From the NCBI RefSeq assembly GCF_009914755.1, contig NC_060933.1: DNA of 64,000 bases; one strand, written 5' to 3'. Made by a program: the position numbers and the translations under genes. This DNA comes from the human T2T-CHM13v2.0 reference genome, Homo sapiens. Under the pieces are notes generated by a model that was not told the origin of the DNA, did no database searches, and saw nothing but the letters and a program-made list of their open reading frames with translations. How positions within the stretch are numbered: the stretch's first letter is position 1; every line of letters begins with the position of its first letter. Positions 57,866 through 64,000 of the stretch are shown here, one piece after another.

Positions 57866-60800
57866 GTGCCTTTATGTCCTTCCCCTAGCTCCCTTTTTAA
57901 AAAAAAAAAGAACTTTTTTGTTTTTGAATAAGAACTACGTTTCTTTGATTTACATTTCCAGTGTATATTTTCGCAGGTATTTGGATTTGCATTTGTGATT
58001 TTTTTCTTTTTAAATTAATTGCCTTTGTAAATTGGCCTTGTTTTGTTCTGGGGTAGGACTTTGACTCCAAAGCATGTCTGGGACCCTGCACATCTAACTC
58101 CTACCTATGTCGCTGGTGGAACTTATGCTCTTAACAAGGAGATTTCTATCTGAATGTCCTGGGAGGTGCCTTCCAATTCTTCCATGATTGCATCTCTTGG
58201 ATGGTGGAGTGAGAAATGAGATTTATCTTCTGAAGCCAAAACCCATATCTAACTGATCATGGCATATTTAGTGCTACAAATGAAATACAAATAGAAAGAC
58301 ATACTAAGCATCCTTTCAATTCTTCGTGACAAGAAGACCCTTCTGCATCCATAGCAACCAGGAAACACAGAAACAAGAACATCCTTCAACCCTGAATGAT
58401 TTCTGCAGTAATATCATTTTAGATTTTGTGCCTTGAACACAACTATAGTTTTATGTTTGCTTTTTGCATATATTTTGTATTTATTTCATAAAACATGAAA
58501 GCATTCTAAAAACACTAAATAATTCTCATCTTACCCTCACCTCTACTAATGATGTTTCTTCCTGCTTAAAGCATTCACAGCATCTATTGTTATATTTCTG
58601 AAAGATTTGAATTTTTTAAAAGTAGAGATCTAATAACATGAGAGAAATTTGAAAACAAGGTAAAAAGCCATAAGCCTACCACTTTGACAGTGACAACCAT
58701 ATTTTTATGTGCCCTTGCTGTTTTTACAACTCACGTGTGTTTAAATATTTTTTCAGACTATTTCACCTAATATTTTATCAGAAGCATTTTCTATAATCCC
58801 ATAAAGTTTATACCCGTCATTTTTAAGGGCTATAGAATATTTTTTCAAGGTTTATACCATAATTTACTTAACTACCCTCCTTCCCCTTTTTGCATATTTG
58901 GGATGATTCCAGGTTTTCACTAAGCAGCTCTTTGATGAATATTTTTCTGCATATGGCTTTTTCCATATTTCAGGGTATTTTCTTAGGCTAGCTTCCCAGA
59001 AGGGGATTACTGAGTCAAAGCACATTAACATTTTTATGGCTTCATAGTATCTTTTGAAGAAGGTAGGTGTTCCATTTCATGAGGTCCACAAACATAAAAG
59101 AGGAAATTTGGCTTCAAAAACTCCCTTGTAACACATGTACATTAAAATTTTGTCGTAGAGCTGTTCTGATACTTTTCTAAGTAATTAAAGCTTGCCCTTT
59201 TAAATTAAACAAATATAAAAAGTTATTTTTCACTTTGTTTTTGAGAAGAGTCTTTTCTAGGATGTTCTACACTTCTGAGCTTTTCTAGAAAGAATCCACA
59301 AAGCCAGCTCTGATTTTCGTCTTTATTCATGGACCACAGGCAACTACTGGAAATGGGGGTCTGAGAAGCTGATCCCAAGCAAACAGCCAGGCATCCACAT
59401 AAGCAAAGATGTGTTGGGATTTCTCTGGTCTCACCTTGCGGCTAGAAACTTTCATCTCTCAGAGAAGTCCCCCAGTACTCCCGCATGGGCTCATGCGAAT
59501 GTGAAAAACCTTCAGGTGGCTTTCCCTGGATCACCCAGATAGCAAGTTTAGGTGGCTGAAGTGAATAAAGTCTGCGTGCTTTCCTGAAGTGTAGGCGAGA
59601 TGGGATGTGAGGCCAGAAGAACCAAGTTCCAGCTCCAGCTCTGCCCTTTATCAACCAGCTGACCTTGTGAACGTTTGCTGCTTAACCCCTGAGTCTGTTT
59701 CCACACCCCCGGGGCTGTTTTGATAATCATGTGACGTAAGTAGTGAGGGAACTGTAAAGGTCCAGACAGATGTGGGTCAGCGGCATCTTGTTTAGATTGT
59801 AAGAACAGAGGCCAGTGCGCACCAAGGTTGTATTTTGTCAGCATTTTGGATGGGAAACCTACGAAATCTCATGAGTCATTAAAAACGGGAGCCCTGGTAG
59901 GGCTGGGTTCCTCAGGGCCTGGAGTGATGGGGGTAGGGTTTGAAACGGGGTGGGGTCTGGCTTCTTGGTGACACCAGGCTGCTGGCAGAGGGAATGTGCG
60001 GCACCTTACATGAGGGCTCTACATGTGGGAACACTGAGCCACAAAATCCGAGAAGCAGAAAAAGCATAAGCCAAGCTAGGGAGGAATAACCATGGAAGGG
60101 TGTGGGGTGGACCACGTTTTCCGAACATGGTGTCTTTAAATCCTTTAACAATAACATGTTGATATGGTGGTTGTTAAGAGCATGGTAAAACTATTAGGAG
60201 GAAGCAGTTGGAAAAAGGGATCAGATTAATTTAATTTGTGATGAAGACTTTGACATGGTCAAAGAGCGGCTGGTTCTTCCACCAACCACTGCCACAGGCT
60301 CCACCCCTTGAACCTGGCCCAGCCCTCAGCCTCCTGGGCAGCATCTATTCCTGTGCGGTTTCTGTCTCTTTAGGACCCGCATAGCTTGCCTGTGTGGTAG
60401 GGAACTTTGCAATGGGTTTGGAGAACCGGGCTGCCCATCTGGCGTAAGGTGCTATGGCTCGATGTTGCTGAGAAATACTCACTTAAGACCTTTTGGCTTA
60501 ATTGAGGGTCCTCAGCCCCCACTCCCATTGTGGCTAGCTTCATCGTCCACTGTGATGCAAGAGCCTTTGAATGGGTCGGATCCACCCATTCGGGGAAACA
60601 CAAAACACATGGGCCACCCGCTTCAGAGAGCAGAGCCCTGAAAGAACCACGGCCCTCAGCAATGCACGATTGTTTGTCTCTCTTTGGCCATCTGGTTGTG
60701 GGAGACAGAGCAAGTCAGATTTAGCTCGTTAGAAGTCACTGGGGCTTTCACTTTAGCCCTGAGATTTTTTTAGGTCAGGTAGTGTGCGTGAGAGCAGACA

Positions 60801-60874
60801 AACGATTCCTATGGTGAGTTTCATTCCATATATTTCCACCCTCTCGGGCTGATGAAGAGTTTTGAAATCATCAC

Positions 60875-61320
60875 ACCCTAGTATGGGTTGTGGCCTATTT
60901 GTGCATCATGAAATCTATTGAACGGGTTTTGATCAGCCTTTTTAAAAAAAATATAACGGAGCACAACAGAGTAGAAAATATCTGAATGCGTTACATGTAG
61001 TATGGGCAAATATTGCTACATGAAACCTTTGTTTCAGAAGTGTGTTTTTGAGATTGTGAGACCAAGGGTCTCAGTTAAGAAAGATTAAGAGCCACAATCT
61101 GGTAGCATTTCTCAGTGGAGCACAGTTGGTATTTTTGCTGGGCTAGTTCTCTGTTAGGTAGCCTGCCTCTTACATTGCAGAATTTAGCATCCTTGGCCTG
61201 CCAAATGCCACTAACATCTGCATTCATTGTGACAAAAGAAACTCCCCATACCCTTATATTTCCAAGTGCCCCCTAGGAATGCTACTGACCTGTGGCAAAC
61301 TCTTGAGTCTCTAGGCTTGA
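60875..61320. mobile_element. hAT-Charlie MITE remnants (second part MER20-like)
   Basis: TAGAAAATATCTGAATGC...TGAAACCTTTGTTTCAG, then TTTAGCATCCTTGGCC...TTGTGACAA...CCAAGTGCCCCCTAGG. Confidence 0.5.
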
Positions 61321-61548
61321 GGGAAGAGGAAGCCACAACCTGTGGCAGCTCCGAGTGACCACACTTCACAGTCATGTCCAGCAGAGCTGTTTCTAACAGT
61401 TGATGGGCAGGAGGCAGTGAGGCAGATAAAGGGGAACAGAGAAAGTCTGTATTTTTTGTCAGCTGTACCACTGGCCACTCTCAAGAGTAAGGTGTGGCCC
61501 TGCCATTTGGGAACATGAAGACTTAATCTGTGATGAAACTCCTATCAG

Positions 61549-61969
<421 letters not shown>

Positions 61970-62406
61970 TTACATTTGCCCCATCCTTCTTTACAGATAC
62001 TGTGGAAGCGGCAGTCATTGTCTGGTGCACTGATGAGGGAGCTGGGGTAGAATGGAAGGCAAGCAGCCCAAACGTGTGGCGTTTTGCCCACAAACTCTTT
62101 GACAGGCCTCCTTGTGTGGTCAAATGGTACCTAGAAGATTCCTTAGTTGTCTTATTTCTTTAAATTAAATAAATTTGTACAGCAGAGCCTCTGGTTGGAT
62201 TGGGCTTGGGATCAGGTACAAGGTCCCTTCTAGCTCTTGGCTGCTTTCTTTCCGAAATCTTGGATCCTAAAGGCCTTAACTCAACAGAATACATTTTTTT
62301 CTTGCTTTTCCAAGGGTGTGGCAAATGGGAAAATCCATCTAAGAGAGGTCTTGGCAGTTTGTCTGAGCTAAAAAGTTCAAATGCATCATCGTAGGAGACA
62401 GTATTA

Positions 62407-62781
<375 letters not shown>

Positions 62782-63388
62782 CTATTTCTACCTAATGCAA
62801 GAAATTCCAAGATAGAATTCAGGAACCAGGTGCCATGAGAAATAGAAGTGTGAAACTTTAGGTCAATGGCAGTGAAGCTGTAGCGTGCATAAGAAAGACC
62901 AGGGAGCTTCTTAAAATTGCAATTCTCGAGCCCGCACCTATAGACATTCTGATTTGATAGGTTTTGTGTAGAGACTAGAAATCTGTACTTTTAACATGCT
63001 TTCCACAAAATGATTCTGATGCAGGCGGGCCACAGGTAAAAAACACCAGTCTGAACCGTGGCTGACCAATGTTGTTTGGTGGAGTGACACCCTCTAGGGC
63101 AGTGCTTAGCAGAGCATGCAGAGACTTGAAGACACATGATAAACATGGATATGCATTTCCAGTTGTCCTTCTTATTTGTAGTGGTCTTGACCCCGAATGC
63201 CTGGGGAAACTGAGCAGGAGGCCCAAAAGGCATAGAAAAGAGCATTGGATAGGAGTCAGGACATTTGGCTCTGGCTTTGCCCTGGATTGACAGTGGCCCT
63301 GGGCAATCCCCTTCTTCTCTCTGGGCATGAGTGGAAGCTAGGCTTGAAGATCTCTGAGCACGCTTTTAGATCTGATATTCTTATATTC

Positions 63389-63624
63389 TTTTTTTTTTTT
63401 TTTCAACCTCCGCCTCCCAGATTCAAGCGATTCTCATGCCTCAGCCTCCTGAGTAGCTGGGATTACAGGCACACACCACCATGCCTGGCTAATTTTTGTA
63501 TTTTGTAATAGAGATGGGGTTTCACCATGTTGGCCAGGCTGGTCGAACTCCTGACCTCAAGTGATCTGCCCACCTTGACCTCCCAAAGTGCTGGGATTAC
63601 AGGTGTAAGCCAACGTGCCTGGCC
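63389..63624 (-). mobile_element. AluS lacking ~60 nt of its 3' end
   Basis: polyT joined directly to CAACCTCCGCCTCC; 15-bp TSD TAGATCTGATATTCT. Confidence 0.95.
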
Positions 63625-63699
63625 TAGATCTGATATTCTATGACTGTATATCTGGGCCTTTTATTTGTATTAGACAGATATTTGTATTATTTAATGCTA

Positions 63700-63901
63700 A
63701 TAAACATTATTATTTATTATTATTTAATTTATTATTATTTAATAAATTTATTATTTTATTATTAATTAAAAATAATTGGCCTCTTATTAAAAATAAATGG
63801 CCTCTATTATTTAAAATAATAATAAAATAATAAAATTATTATTAAATAATAATAAAATAATAAATTTATTATTAAATAATAATAAAATTAAAAAATGTTT
63901 A
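63700..63901. repeat. AT-rich imperfect inverted repeat
   Basis: (TTA)-rich left arm mirrors (TAA)-rich right arm; ends TAAACATT / AATGTTTA. Confidence 0.8.
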
Positions 63902-64000
63902 GTGACATGTTAAATGCCAGAGTCATTTAATTTCACACATTCAACAATTTTCTATCGTTATTACTATTTTTTAATTCATGAAACTTGAGGCACAGAGACT

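Overview
Primate (very likely human) non-coding genomic DNA dominated by interspersed repeats. It holds about 25 Alus (J, S and Y types), L1 fragments from L1PA to old L1M, L2 and MIR remnants, MaLR LTRs (MLT1, MST, THE1) and DNA-transposon MITEs (MER5A, MER44A, Tigger3a, MER53, MER81, MER91A, MER96). I find no intact protein-coding gene: the ORF track is Alu/L1-derived or spurious. The one gene-derived feature is a decayed processed pseudogene of NME2 (nucleoside diphosphate kinase B) at about 20105-21794 (+), split by an Alu and an L1 3' fragment that inserted at the same target site. Other notable structures are a ~200-bp local duplication of mostly non-repeat DNA (47032/48833), a degenerate 58-bp minisatellite, a PATRR-like AT-rich inverted repeat, a MER53 hairpin resembling miR-1302, a template-switch-like scar and several nested insertions. 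I cannot support a novel biological system; the findings are evolutionary or structural oddities plus weak regulatory and exon candidates. Repeat subfamily names come from visual recall of consensus sequences, and boundaries are approximate.
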